A stretch of DNA of 64,000 nucleotides from assembly GCA_963812135.1 (NCBI GenBank), contig CAWETU010000001.1:416001-480000 (forward strand), given 5' to 3'. The position numbers were made by a program, and so were the translations under genes. The notes beneath the pieces are model-generated. The model ran no database searches. It was given only the letters and a program-made list of their open reading frames with translations, and was not told where the DNA came from. The DNA is from Vulcanimicrobiota bacterium. GTDB taxonomy: Bacteria > Vulcanimicrobiota > Vulcanimicrobiia > Eremiobacterales > Eremiobacteraceae. Shown here piece after piece: positions 37,066 to 47,075 of the stretch; position 1 is the first letter of the stretch; every line of letters starts with the position of its first letter.

Positions 37066-37758
37066 CTACTCCGTCGCCATGAACACGGAGTACGATTGGA
37101 AGCCGAGCGTGCCCGGGCCTGTGAAGCGGTTCCACGTCAGATTGCCCGCGCTGCTGAAGAGGCTGGTCGAGAGCTTTTGCAAGATCGTGTCCATTTTGAC
37201 GGTCGGCGATTTGTAGAGCCACGCGCCTGGCTCGACGTCGATCACCTCGCCGGCAGCGAGTTGGACCTCGAAAACGTTGCCGTATCCGTGCAGCCAGAGC
37301 ACGCCCGCATCGCCGGCGCAGCGGAACGTGTCGATGAAGAAGCCGGTGCCCCCGAAGAGCATGCTCGCCATCCCTTTGACGCGCGCGTACGTGTAGCCGA
37401 TCTGATGCGTCGCGGCGAGGAACTGATGCTCGCGCACGTCGACGGCGTCGCCCTGCTTCATGTGGATCCCGAACACATGACCCGCGCCGTCGCGGCTGAA
37501 TGCGATCCGCCCATTGCCCTTTGCCTCGGTCACGAAGACCGGCATGCCGGCGAGCACGCGTTTCATCGCGCCGGGCATGACCGCGGCCGTGACTTCCACC
37601 GACGGGTCTTTCCACAACAGTATATTGTGCTCGAAATAGACGCGCTCGCCGGACAATTCGAGGTGGAGGACCGGCACGAGTTCGCCTTCGATGTGGTACG
37701 TCACGCCGGCGAATGACTCGTTCGTCACCCCGGTCGGTTTTAAGACAGGAACGGCCAT
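37066..37758 (-). CDS. AIM24-family protein
   Basis: YHIEGELVPVL, GTGFFIDTF, LHGYGNV, FTGPGTLGFQS; RBS GAAGGG. Confidence 0.85.
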   Translation of the reverse strand: MAVPVLKPTGVTNESFAGVTYHIEGELVPVLHLELSGERVYFEHNILLWKDPSVEVTAAVMPGAMKRVLAGMPVFVTEAKGNGRIAFSRDGAGHVFGIHMKQGDAVDVREHQFLAATHQIGYTYARVKGMASMLFGGTGFFIDTFRCAGDAGVLWLHGYGNVFEVQLAAGEVIDVEPGAWLYKSPTVKMDTILQKLSTSLFSSAGNLTWNRFTGPGTLGFQSYSVFMATE

Positions 37759-37917
37759 GTCACACCCTTCTTTCAGCTCGCCGACGTTCGTGGTTCCCGC
37801 CTGCCCGCGCGCATCCATCCAAAGTCTCTTCCCGCGCCGCCGCAGGAGACTTTGTAGAGCAAAGTAAATCGCGTCTAGAGGCTTTGCGGTGCAAAGCTGG
37901 ATCGAAAGCGGGGTGGG

Positions 37918-39087
37918 ATGGAAACGTACGACGTCGCGGTCATCGGTGCGGGATTATCAGGACTGTGGTGCGCGCGCGCGCTGAGCCGGCGGGGACTGTC
38001 GGTCGCGATTGTGGATGCGCATCGCACGGTGGATCGCGTGGTGCGTACTACGGGGATTTTCGTCCGCCGCACGTTCGATGATTTCGATCTGCCGCCGCGC
38101 AGCCTCGGTCCGCCGATCCGCACGGTCGTGCTGTATTCCCCACGTCGGCGTGCGATCGCGTTCGAAAGCGCGCACGACGAATTCCGGATCGGCGATATGC
38201 GGGCGCTCTATCGTGCGTTGTTGGACGATTGTCTGCGTGCCGGCGCGACGTGGCTTCCCGCGACGCGCTATTTGGAGATGCGGGCCGCCGGTGCGACAAG
38301 CGTGCTCCAGCTGCGCGACCTGAAGAGCCGCGAAATAGGGCGGATCGTCGCGCGTTTCGTCGTGGGTGCCGACGGCGCGCGCTCGCGCGTGGCGTCGGAT
38401 CTCGGCTTGTCGGCGAATCGCGACTTCTTGATCGGGCTTGAGGACGTCTACGATGATACGGCCGTGACGTCGCCGCCGGCGCTGCACTGTTTTCTCGAGC
38501 CGCGATTGGCGCCCGGCTACCTCGCGTGGATAGCGCGCGATGGCAGAGACGCCCACGTCGGCCTGGCGGGTGATGCGCGGCGTTGCCGGCCGGCGCCGTC
38601 GCTGCGCGCGTTCACGCGTTCTATCCGCGACGCGGCCTGCGGGCCGTTCGTGCGCCGGCGCGATCGGCGCGGTGGCCTCATTCCGTGGAACGGCGTGCTG
38701 CCGCGCATCGCGTGTCCGCGCGGCCTGTTGGTCGGCGATGCCGCTGGTGCAGTGTCGCCGTTGACGGCCGGCGGCTTGGACGGCTGCATCCGGCTTGCGG
38801 AATTCGCCGCGCAGATCATTCCCGAACAGCTGCGCGCCCCGAACTGCGACGCCCTCGTATCGTATGACGGGCGGCGCTTCGCGGCGCGATTCATCGCGCG
38901 GCGCTGGATGCGAGAGTTCCTGAGGAACTCTGGAGAACGCGCGCTCGAGTTGGCGTGTGCCGCGCTGACGGTGCCCGCCGTGCGCGCGATCGGCGCGCAC
39001 ATCTTCTTCGGCCGCGGCTCGTTCCCGGACACGGGGTCGCGACGCGTGCTGCGCGGAACGCGCGTCGCGCACAGGCCCGCCGGGTGA
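37918..39087 (+). CDS. FAD-dependent oxidoreductase (geranylgeranyl reductase-like)
   Basis: YDVAVIGAGLSG, VVGADGARSRVA, LVGDAAGAVSPLTAGG. Confidence 0.85.
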   Translation: METYDVAVIGAGLSGLWCARALSRRGLSVAIVDAHRTVDRVVRTTGIFVRRTFDDFDLPPRSLGPPIRTVVLYSPRRRAIAFESAHDEFRIGDMRALYRALLDDCLRAGATWLPATRYLEMRAAGATSVLQLRDLKSREIGRIVARFVVGADGARSRVASDLGLSANRDFLIGLEDVYDDTAVTSPPALHCFLEPRLAPGYLAWIARDGRDAHVGLAGDARRCRPAPSLRAFTRSIRDAACGPFVRRRDRRGGLIPWNGVLPRIACPRGLLVGDAAGAVSPLTAGGLDGCIRLAEFAAQIIPEQLRAPNCDALVSYDGRRFAARFIARRWMREFLRNSGERALELACAALTVPAVRAIGAHIFFGRGSFPDTGSRRVLRGTRVAHRPAG

Positions 39088-39110
39088 GCCCGCCGAAACG
39101 CGAAATCACT

Positions 39111-39536
39111 ATGAGACATGTATCCGCACGCGCCGTGCAGGCGCTTTTGCTCGTCGCCTTCGCGTTGCTTCCGGCCGCCGGCTGCAAGTCCGTGTCCACC
39201 AATCCGGCGGGCATCACGGTCGACCCGACGACGATGGTGCTCCACAACGTGAACCTCTTTCCGTCGCAGAATGCGAACGACTATAACAACTCCATCATGG
39301 TCATCGATATCACGTATACGAACCACGATCCCATCCCGCAAGCATTGGAAGCCAACAAGTTCGTCCTGATCGACCAGAACACGCTCGCGCAATACCACGC
39401 GCTCGACGGCGGCGACATCCACGTGCCGCCCTTCTCCCAATCTGGATTGCTCGATCCGAACAAGACGGTCGACCTCTCGCTCGGATTCCGCGTGCCCGCC
39501 AGCATCGTGGTGGCGCGGCTGTCCTACTCGCCGTAG
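39111..39536 (+). CDS. Lipoprotein (DUF4352-like beta fold)
   Basis: Lipobox AAGC; IDITYTN, FVLID, LDPNKTV...FRVP. Confidence 0.65.
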   Translation: MRHVSARAVQALLLVAFALLPAAGCKSVSTNPAGITVDPTTMVLHNVNLFPSQNANDYNNSIMVIDITYTNHDPIPQALEANKFVLIDQNTLAQYHALDGGDIHVPPFSQSGLLDPNKTVDLSLGFRVPASIVVARLSYSP

Positions 39537-39552
39537 ACGAAGATCGTTCCGG

Positions 39553-42318
39553 GTGACCGCAATGCCGTCTGACGGGCGGACGTTGCTCCTCATCGACGTC
39601 TACGCCCTGGTATACCGCGCGTTTTTCGCGTTGCCGCCGCTCACCGCGCCCGATGGGCGTCCGGTGAATGCGGTCTACGGTTTCGAGCGGATGCTCAACC
39701 GCGTGCTGAACGACGAGAAGCCGACGCATGTCATCGCGGCGTGGGACGCAGGCATTCCCGCAGAACGCATGGCGCTGTACCCGGAGTACAAGGCTAACCG
39801 CGCCGAAACGCCCGACGATCTGCGCTCGCAATTCGCGTTGGTGCGCCGGGCGCTCGCCGCGTACGGCATCCCGATCGTCGAGGTCGAAGGCGAAGAAGCC
39901 GACGATGCGATCGCGACGTTGACGACGCGCGCGTCCGCTGACGGCCTGCGCACGATCGTCGTCTCCGGCGATCTCGATCTGCTGCAGTTGGTGGACGATC
40001 ACGTGACGGTGGTCGTGACGCGTCGCGGCATCTCCGACATGGCGCGCTACGACGAAGCGGCGGTCCGCGAGCGCTACGGGCTTTCGCCATCGCAGCTGCC
40101 GGACTATCGCGGGCTCAAGGGCGATCCATCAGACAACTTGCCCGGCGTGCCCGGCATCGGCGAGAAGACGGCGGCGCGCCTCATCGCGCAATACGGCACG
40201 CTGGATGAACTGCTCGCGCACACCGCCGAGGTGACGCCAACGCGCATCGGCGAGTTGCTTGACAGATATGCCGCCCAGGCGCGCGCGTGCCGCGACGTCT
40301 CCACGGCCAAGCGCGATCTGGCGATTCCACTGCGCTGGGAGGACGGCGAGTTGCGCTCGACCGATCCGATGGCGCGCAACGAATTGTTTCAAGAGCTCGG
40401 CTTTCGATCGCTGATGACGACGCTGCCCGGCCAAAGCCAAGGCCAGGCGCCGTCGCGGCCGCCTGCGGCCGAAGACGCGTTTCAAACGATCGACGCAGCG
40501 GATGCGAATGTGGCGCCCGTCGAGCAAATACCGACACAGTACCGGCTCGTCGCCGATCGCGCAGCCGCGACCGACGTGCTCGCCGCCGCGCGCCGCGCGC
40601 CCGAGTTCGCGTTGGTCACGCTGCCGGCGCTCACCGCATGGCGCAGCCCCGAGCCGCTTGCGTTCGCGCTTTCGCAGGCAGCCGGCTCGGCAGATGCGAT
40701 TCCGGCGGCGCTGGCGTTGCGCGACACCACCGTGCGCGAGGCGTTCGCCGAACTGCTCGCCGATCCGAACGCGATCAAGATCGTGCACGACTCCAAGACG
40801 CTTGCCGGTTGGCTGGCGGGCGAGCATCTCGAACTCGCCGGCGTCGGGCTTGACGCGAAGCTCGCGCACGAGCTGCTGGACGCGACGCGCGTCGAGCCGC
40901 CGCTGCCGGATACGCTCGCCTTCGCCGGCACCGCGGCGGTGCTCGCCTCGCCCGTGCCGCAGACGCAGCGCATCGATCTCTTCGAGCAGTCGCCCGCGCT
41001 CGAGGCCGCGCATGCCTCGGCGGCAGACGCGCTGCTGCGCGCCGCGCCGCGCTTGCGCGAGCGCATCCGCGCGGCCGGCATGGAATCGCTCTTGCGCGAC
41101 ATCGAGCAGCCGCTTGCCCCCGTGCTCGCCTCGATGGAGCGCGCCGGGTTTCGACTCGATCTTGAAGAGCTGACGCGCATCCGCGGCCGGCTCGACCGCA
41201 TCATGGCTGAGACGTCAGCGGCGATCTATTCGATCGCCGGCCACGAGTTCAACATCAATTCACCCAAAGCGCTGGGCGACGTCCTGTTCGAGAAACTCGC
41301 GCTGCCGCACGGCGGCAAGACCAAGACCGGCTACGCGACGGGCATCGAGGTGCTCGCGCCGCTGGCGGTCGAGCACGACATCGCCGCGAAAGTGCTCGAG
41401 TTCCGCGAAGTGAGCAAGCTCAAGGGAACGTACGTCGACGCGCTGCCGGCGCTGCTGGACGCGAACACCGGCTTGCTGCACACCACCTTTCATCAGCTCG
41501 GCGCCGCGACCGGGCGGCTTTCGAGCAGCGACCCGAACCTGCAGAACATCCCGATCCGCAGCGCAGCAGGACGCGAGATCCGGCGCGCGTTCCTCGCGCC
41601 GACGCCGGGCAATGTGCTGCTGGCGGCCGATTATTCGCAGATCGAGCTGCGGCTCTTCGCGCATCTGGCAGAAGATCCGAATCTCATCGACGCATTCGCG
41701 CGCGGCGAGGACATCCACGAATTCTCCGCCCGAGCGGTGTTTAGCATCGCGCCAGACGCAGAGGTCGACCGCGAGATGCGACGCCGCGCCAAAGCGGTCA
41801 ACTTCGGCATCCTCTACGGCCAGGGCGAGTTCGGCCTGGCGCAGAGCGTCGGCTTCTCGCGCGAGGAAGCGCGCGAATTCATCGGCGCGTATTTCACGCG
41901 CTTCCCGCGCGTGCGCGAGTACATCGACGCCGGGCTCGAACGGGCGCGCGACGATGGCTACGTGACGACGCTCATGGGCCGCCGGCGCTGGCTGCCCGAT
42001 CTGCGCTCGCGCAACTACGGCCTGCGCGCAGCGGCCGAGCGCATGGCGATCAACGCGCCGCTGCAAGGCGGCTCTGCCGATCTCATCAAGATCGCGATGG
42101 TGCGCGTGGCGCGCGGACTGCATGAGCGCGGACTGCAGGCGCGGCTCGTCCTGCAGGTCCACGACGAGTTGATGTTCGACGTCGCGCCAAGCGATGTGCC
42201 GGCTGTGCGCGCCATCGTCAAGGACGCGATGGAGCATGCGATGGATCTACGCGTGCCGTTGGTCGTCGATTTCAAAGTCGGGCCCACGTGGGGCGAGGCC
42301 GAAGCGGCCGACGACTGA
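39553..42318 (+). CDS. polA: DNA polymerase I
   Basis: 5'-3' exonuclease (YKANR, EADD, GDPSDNLPGVPGIGEKTA); polymerase motifs TGRLSSSDPNLQNIP, DYSQIELR, AKAVNFGILYG, QVHDE. Confidence 0.98.
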   Translation: MTAMPSDGRTLLLIDVYALVYRAFFALPPLTAPDGRPVNAVYGFERMLNRVLNDEKPTHVIAAWDAGIPAERMALYPEYKANRAETPDDLRSQFALVRRALAAYGIPIVEVEGEEADDAIATLTTRASADGLRTIVVSGDLDLLQLVDDHVTVVVTRRGISDMARYDEAAVRERYGLSPSQLPDYRGLKGDPSDNLPGVPGIGEKTAARLIAQYGTLDELLAHTAEVTPTRIGELLDRYAAQARACRDVSTAKRDLAIPLRWEDGELRSTDPMARNELFQELGFRSLMTTLPGQSQGQAPSRPPAAEDAFQTIDAADANVAPVEQIPTQYRLVADRAAATDVLAAARRAPEFALVTLPALTAWRSPEPLAFALSQAAGSADAIPAALALRDTTVREAFAELLADPNAIKIVHDSKTLAGWLAGEHLELAGVGLDAKLAHELLDATRVEPPLPDTLAFAGTAAVLASPVPQTQRIDLFEQSPALEAAHASAADALLRAAPRLRERIRAAGMESLLRDIEQPLAPVLASMERAGFRLDLEELTRIRGRLDRIMAETSAAIYSIAGHEFNINSPKALGDVLFEKLALPHGGKTKTGYATGIEVLAPLAVEHDIAAKVLEFREVSKLKGTYVDALPALLDANTGLLHTTFHQLGAATGRLSSSDPNLQNIPIRSAAGREIRRAFLAPTPGNVLLAADYSQIELRLFAHLAEDPNLIDAFARGEDIHEFSARAVFSIAPDAEVDREMRRRAKAVNFGILYGQGEFGLAQSVGFSREEAREFIGAYFTRFPRVREYIDAGLERARDDGYVTTLMGRRRWLPDLRSRNYGLRAAAERMAINAPLQGGSADLIKIAMVRVARGLHERGLQARLVLQVHDELMFDVAPSDVPAVRAIVKDAMEHAMDLRVPLVVDFKVGPTWGEAEAADD

Positions 42319-42321
42319 TCG

Positions 42322-43122
42322 ATGCCCGAACTGCCCGAAGTCGAAACGATCGCCCGCGATCTCGCACGCACGCTCACGGGAAGGCGCATCGCCTCCGTGG
42401 ACGTGCGCTGGGCGCGCACCATCGATTCGCGCGGCCTGCCGGGGCAGACGTTGGTGGGCGACACCATCTCGCGCGTCCGCCGCGTCGGCAAGTTCGTCAT
42501 CTTCGATCTCGCGAGCGGCCGTCATGTCGCCGTGCACCTGCGAATGACCGGCAGGCTCGTCGCCGATCCGCGCGACGAAGCGCCTCACACTCGACTTACG
42601 TTGCATTTCGACGACGGTGGCAGCCTCCGGTTCGCCGACGCGCGCAAGTTCGGGCGCTGGCGCATCTTCGAGGGCGATCCACGTGATGTGCTTCAGGTCG
42701 GCATTGATCCGTTCGATCCGGCGCTCGACGCGAAGCGCATGTACGAGCTCACGCGCGGCCGCTCCACCAAAGTGAAGGCCTGGCTGCTCGACCAGCGGCG
42801 CCTGTCGGGCGTGGGCAATATCTACGCCTGCGAAGCGCTGTACGACGCGCGCATCCGCCCCACTCGGCGGACCGGCCGCTTGACCGCCGCGCAGGCCTCG
42901 GCGCTGCTGGCGAGCCTGCGCAAAGTGTTGCGCAAAGCCATACAGCATCGGGGTTCGAGCGTTGACGACTACGTCGATGGGGAAGGATTGCCCGGCGAGT
43001 TTCAGAAGAAACTCGCTGTCTACGGGCGTGGTGGTTTGCCGTGTCGCCGATGCAAGACGGCGATCAGGCGGGTTGTCCTCGCGCAACGAGGGACGTTTTT
43101 CTGCCCCGTGTGCCAGCACTGA
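42322..43122 (+). CDS. mutM: Formamidopyrimidine-DNA glycosylase
   Basis: PELPEVET, HLRMTG, GVGNIY, zinc finger CRRC...CPVCQ. Confidence 0.97.
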   Translation: MPELPEVETIARDLARTLTGRRIASVDVRWARTIDSRGLPGQTLVGDTISRVRRVGKFVIFDLASGRHVAVHLRMTGRLVADPRDEAPHTRLTLHFDDGGSLRFADARKFGRWRIFEGDPRDVLQVGIDPFDPALDAKRMYELTRGRSTKVKAWLLDQRRLSGVGNIYACEALYDARIRPTRRTGRLTAAQASALLASLRKVLRKAIQHRGSSVDDYVDGEGLPGEFQKKLAVYGRGGLPCRRCKTAIRRVVLAQRGTFFCPVCQH

Positions 43123-43188
43123 TCCAATTCGTTCCACGCGGTTCCCAAGACGAAAAAACTCGGAAGAGGGATAGGTTAACTTTTGTTA

Positions 43189-44346
43189 ATGACTGATACA
43201 CCGGCGGACGCGCAAACGCAGACCCAGGACGAGTTCGCGCTCGAGCAGCAGCTCTACGAAGCAAGTCTGCGGACGCTTGATGAAGGCCAGGTGCTCACCG
43301 GCGTCATCGTCGCGAAGACGCATGACGAATTGCTCGTCGACATCGGCGGCAAATCCGAAGGCATCGTGACGGGCCGCGAACTGTCGCCGGGGATGCGCGT
43401 CGCCGATCTCAAGGTGGGCGACACGCTCGAAGTGCTCGTGCATCGCATCGACGGCGACGGCGATGGCGCGATGTACTTGTCCGAGCGGCGCGCGCGCGCG
43501 CTCAAGACGTGGGAGCGCGTGCTCGAAGCGCACGAGAACAACGAAGCGATCACCGCGACGGTCACGCAGGTCGTCAAGGGCGGCGTGCTCGTCGACCTTG
43601 GCATGCGGGGCTTTGTGCCCGCGTCGCAGATCCGGCGCCACCCGGTCGGCAATCTCGAAGAGATGGTCGGCAAAGTGCTGCGTCTCAAAGTGATCGATCT
43701 CGATCACAAGCGCCGCCGCGTCGTCTTGAGCCAGCGCGTGGTGCTCGAAGAAGAGCTCAATCAGAAGAAGCAGGAGCTGCTCTCGACGTTGCAACCCGGA
43801 CAGATCCGCGAAGGCACCGTCGTGCGGCTTGCCGATTTCGGCGCGTTCGTCGACCTCGGTGGCGTCGATGGCCTGATCCACAACAGCGAGCTGTCGTGGT
43901 CGCGCATCAAACACCCGAGCGAGGCCGTGCAGATCGGCGACAAGGTCCAGGTTGAGATCATGAAGTTCGACTCGGAAGCGCGCAAGGTCAGCCTGTCGCT
44001 CAAACACTCGCTCGAAGATCCATGGAAGAACGTGCCGGATCAGCTGCAAGAAGGCCAGATCGTGCCCGCGACGCTGATCAAAGCGACATCGAACTATCTG
44101 TTGGTCGAAGTGCTGCCTGGCGTCACCGGGATGGTGCCCAAGTCGGAGTTCGATCCGAACACGCCGATCCAGGTCGGCGAGCAGCTCAACGTCAAACTGC
44201 TCTCGATCAACGCCGCGTCGAGGCGCATCAACGCGAGCGCCACCAAAGCCGAGGCGAATGGCGGCGAGGGCGAGCAAGCGGCTGCGGAAGAACCGGCGGC
44301 GCCTGAGTCAGGCGCTCCAGAAGAGACCGCAGACGCGACGACATAG
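43189..44346 (+). CDS. rpsA: Ribosomal protein S1 (four S1 domains, acidic tail)
   Basis: VDIGGKSEG, KGGVLVDLGMRGFVPASQ, DFGAFVDLGGVDGLIHNSELSW. Confidence 0.88.
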   Translation: MTDTPADAQTQTQDEFALEQQLYEASLRTLDEGQVLTGVIVAKTHDELLVDIGGKSEGIVTGRELSPGMRVADLKVGDTLEVLVHRIDGDGDGAMYLSERRARALKTWERVLEAHENNEAITATVTQVVKGGVLVDLGMRGFVPASQIRRHPVGNLEEMVGKVLRLKVIDLDHKRRRVVLSQRVVLEEELNQKKQELLSTLQPGQIREGTVVRLADFGAFVDLGGVDGLIHNSELSWSRIKHPSEAVQIGDKVQVEIMKFDSEARKVSLSLKHSLEDPWKNVPDQLQEGQIVPATLIKATSNYLLVEVLPGVTGMVPKSEFDPNTPIQVGEQLNVKLLSINAASRRINASATKAEANGGEGEQAAAEEPAAPESGAPEETADATT

Positions 44347-44367
44347 ACGGATCTCGATTCTCGGGCG

Positions 44368-44393
44368 AAGGGGCGACGCACATCGCCCCTTTA
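44368..44393 (+). terminator. Hairpin between rpsA and coaE (terminator or processing site)
   Basis: AAGGGGCGA-CGCACA-TCGCCCCTT followed by an AT-rich run. Confidence 0.5.
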
Positions 44394-44403
44394 ATATTGC
44401 GCC

Positions 44404-44991
44404 ATGGTGATCGGACTGACCGGGGGGATCGGGTCCGGTAAATCCAGCGTTGCCGCTCTGTTCGCCGCTCGCGGCGCCACCATCATCGACACCGATGCCG
44501 TGGCGCGCGAGATCGTCGAGCCGCCTAGTCCTGTGCTCGACGCGATTCATTACGAATTCGGCGGCGGCGTCATCACCCCCGACGGCAAGCTCAATCGTGA
44601 GGCGATGGCGCGGATCGTGTTCGCCGATCCTCGCCAACGCGAACTGCTCAACCGGCTCACCCACCCCGCCATTCGCGAGCGCACCATCGAGCTCATGGCC
44701 GCGCAACCGGCCGGCGCGACCGTCGTCGTCGTGGTGCCGCTGCTGTTCGAGGCAGAATTCGACAAGTTGTGCGACAGCGTCGTCGCAGTCGTCGCCGACC
44801 CCGATCTACGCCGTTCGCGCGTCGCGGAGCGCGACCGCGTGAAAGAAGAGGCGGTCGCGGCGCGCATGAACGCGCAACTCGCCGACGACGAGTACGCGCG
44901 CCGCGCCAAACACGTGATCAGAAACGACGGCGACCTGGCGCATCTGGAGCGCCAAGTCGCGGCTATCTGGGAGACGATCCACTCGGGCTGA
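44404..44991 (+). CDS. coaE: Dephospho-CoA kinase
   Basis: IGLTGGIGSGKS, LNRLTHP, VPLLFE. Confidence 0.96.
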   Translation: MVIGLTGGIGSGKSSVAALFAARGATIIDTDAVAREIVEPPSPVLDAIHYEFGGGVITPDGKLNREAMARIVFADPRQRELLNRLTHPAIRERTIELMAAQPAGATVVVVVPLLFEAEFDKLCDSVVAVVADPDLRRSRVAERDRVKEEAVAARMNAQLADDEYARRAKHVIRNDGDLAHLERQVAAIWETIHSG

Positions 44992-44993
44992 GG

Positions 44994-45788
44994 TCAGAGG
45001 TCCTGGTGCGCGAGGAGTTGGCTGACCGTCACAAATGTGTAGCCTTCCGCGCGCAGCTGCGGGATGATCTCGGCCAGCGCTATGGCCGTGTTGTATTGGC
45101 CGCTGTGCAGCAGCACGATTCCGCCGGGCGTGGCACGCTTGACCACGCGCTCGACGATCAGCGATACGGGCAGCTCGATGTTGTCGACCTTGGCATCGTC
45201 GGGAGCATCGCTCCAAAGAATGGTCCGGTAGCCGAGCTTGCGCGCGATGTCGATCACACGGGTATCGTAGTGGCCGTGCGGTGGCCGGAACAGCGTTGGC
45301 GCGTCGCCGGTGTAGCTCTGGATGAGCCCGCCGCATGCCGAGATCTGGTCTTCGATCTCGTCGTCGCTGAGCGACGTCAAGGTGAAATGATTGAACGTGT
45401 GGTTCCCGAGCTCGCTGCCGGATGCGATGATCCGCTCGACGAGTTGCGGATATTCTTGCATCGTGCGGCCGACCAGGAAGAACGTCGCGGGCGTGCCGTC
45501 GGTTTCGAGCTGGTGCAGCAGCAACGGCGTGTAGAAGGGGTACGGGCCATCATCGAAGGTGAGCGCGATTTCCTTGCGCTGCATCGGCACGAACCACACG
45601 CGGCCGTCGGCCGCCATCCCGCCGGGATGCGGATGTTCGCCAGAGGCCGGCAGCGCATCGGCGGAAGCAAGCGACGTCGCGGCCCGCGCGGGCGATGCCG
45701 CTGTGGCGCAAACCATGAACAGGGCGACGCCGAGCGCGAGCAAGGGAGCCAGGCGGCGGATCAGCGGGGCACCTGCGGCGCGAGCCAC
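44994..45788 (-). CDS. Secreted polysaccharide deacetylase (NodB/CE4)
   Basis: ALTFDDGP, GNHTFNH, LFRPPHG, GGIVLLH; start is GTG 45788 or CTG 45764. Confidence 0.92.
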   Translation of the reverse strand: MARAAGAPLIRRLAPLLALGVALFMVCATAASPARAATSLASADALPASGEHPHPGGMAADGRVWFVPMQRKEIALTFDDGPYPFYTPLLLHQLETDGTPATFFLVGRTMQEYPQLVERIIASGSELGNHTFNHFTLTSLSDDEIEDQISACGGLIQSYTGDAPTLFRPPHGHYDTRVIDIARKLGYRTILWSDAPDDAKVDNIELPVSLIVERVVKRATPGGIVLLHSGQYNTAIALAEIIPQLRAEGYTFVTVSQLLAHQDL

Positions 45789-46426
45789 ACTCGGCCGAAC
45801 GCCGCCAAGAACGATTCGTCGCTGTACCCGCGCGTGCGGATCGCGAGGTACGTCGGGCGATCGGCGGACACGGAGAAGACGGTGCTCTCGATGCTGGTCA
45901 GATCGCTGCGGTCGACCGGGATCGTGGCCCAGATGTCGAGCGTCTGCAGATCCGGAAAGCGGTCAAAGGCGGTCCGGATGAGCGTCACGGCTTCGCGCTG
46001 CATCTCGGTCGCATCGATATCGCGCATCGTGTGCGGCACTCGCGCAGAGAACCGGATGCCCGCGGCGTCGTACGCGCCTTCGTCCGACACGTAGATCTTG
46101 ATGATGTTGTGCGCGGGCAGCAGGGGATATGTGGCGCGGAACAGCTCGTCCTCACGCGCCGGCTCGTAGCCTTCGATCCACGGCCGGTCGGCATACGGGG
46201 TGGTGCCGGGCATGACCGCGCGATCGGTCATCGGCTCGGAGCTGACGCCGCCTGCCGCTTGCGCGGCTTCGACCGCCCCGCCGACGCCGCCGGTGGGCGC
46301 GGTGTGCACGGCGTGCACCGAATGCGCCGCCTGACCGTGCGCGTGCGCTTGGGCGGCCAGCGCGCCCGCCGATGGCGCGGCGCAAAGAACGCCGGCTGCT
46401 AACGCCCCGGCGCACAAGAACCTCAT
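45761..46426 (-). CDS. Secreted hypothetical protein with His/Ala-rich linker
   Basis: Signal-peptide-like N-terminus from ATG 46426; stop overlaps the deacetylase 5' end. Confidence 0.65.
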   Translation of the reverse strand: MRFLCAGALAAGVLCAAPSAGALAAQAHAHGQAAHSVHAVHTAPTGGVGGAVEAAQAAGGVSSEPMTDRAVMPGTTPYADRPWIEGYEPAREDELFRATYPLLPAHNIIKIYVSDEGAYDAAGIRFSARVPHTMRDIDATEMQREAVTLIRTAFDRFPDLQTLDIWATIPVDRSDLTSIESTVFSVSADRPTYLAIRTRGYSDESFLAAFGRVWLAPQVPR

Positions 46427-46662
46427 ATCGATAAAACGTCCAAGCAAAGGGCTTTGTTTCCTCGCGGTCTTCTTCACGCGCGACGTCCGGCGCGTCAATG
46501 ACAGACCCGCTGGACCAAGATTAATTCCCGATGAGTCGCCCTGAGCCCTCGGGACGCGGCGGCACGTTTCGGAGCGTCCGTGCGTTTCCTTGACGAGTAG
46601 ACAGCCGCTCAACGTGGTGCGCCCCGAGCGACGCCGTCTGCCGGCCCAAACGAGGAAAGATA

Positions 46663-46962
46663 ATGCAAGAGGAAACAGCTCAAGAGGGAACGGGCACCCC
46701 GATGACCGTGCGCGAGGCCGGCAAAAAAGGCGGCGACGCGGTGCGGAAAAAGTACGGCCCTTCCTTTTATGAAGAGATCGGGCGCAAGGGCGGCGAGCGC
46801 ACCAAGGAACGCCACGGCGCCGGCTTTTACGGCAGCATCGGACAAAAAGGCGGCAACGCCGTCAAGGACAAGTATGGGACCGGTTTCTACGAGCAGATCG
46901 GTCACAAGGGCGGGCAAAAGGTCAAGCGGTTGATCGAAGAGGCGAAAAAGGCGGCCTCGTAG
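46663..46962 (+). CDS. KGG-repeat stress protein (GsiB/YciG/Con-10-like)
   Basis: MTVREAGKKGG plus three repeats of G.GFY..IG.KGG; RBS GAGG. Confidence 0.92.
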   Translation: MQEETAQEGTGTPMTVREAGKKGGDAVRKKYGPSFYEEIGRKGGERTKERHGAGFYGSIGQKGGNAVKDKYGTGFYEQIGHKGGQKVKRLIEEAKKAAS

Positions 46963-46997
46963 GCCCAGAAGGCGGCCCGCTACGAAGGGGTCGAAGC

Positions 46998-47032
46998 GCA
47001 GCGCGGGGATTCAGGTCCCCGCGCTGTTTTTG
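46998..47032 (+). terminator. Intrinsic terminator
   Basis: GCAGCGCGGGGAT-TCAG-GTCCCCGCGCTGT followed by a T-tract. Confidence 0.85.
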
Positions 47033-47075
47033 CCTCGGTCGAATAAATTCGACCGCCACATGGGTGGGTGCAAGC

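Noticed and set aside
43175..43190. GTTAAC/GTTAAT pair before rpsA as a Pho box
   Set aside because: Only two units, 10-nt spacing, and they overlap the translation start region
46430..46662. 6S RNA or hammerhead ribozyme
   Set aside because: I could not build a full-length rod with a central bubble; CCGATGAG lacks a matching GAAA core
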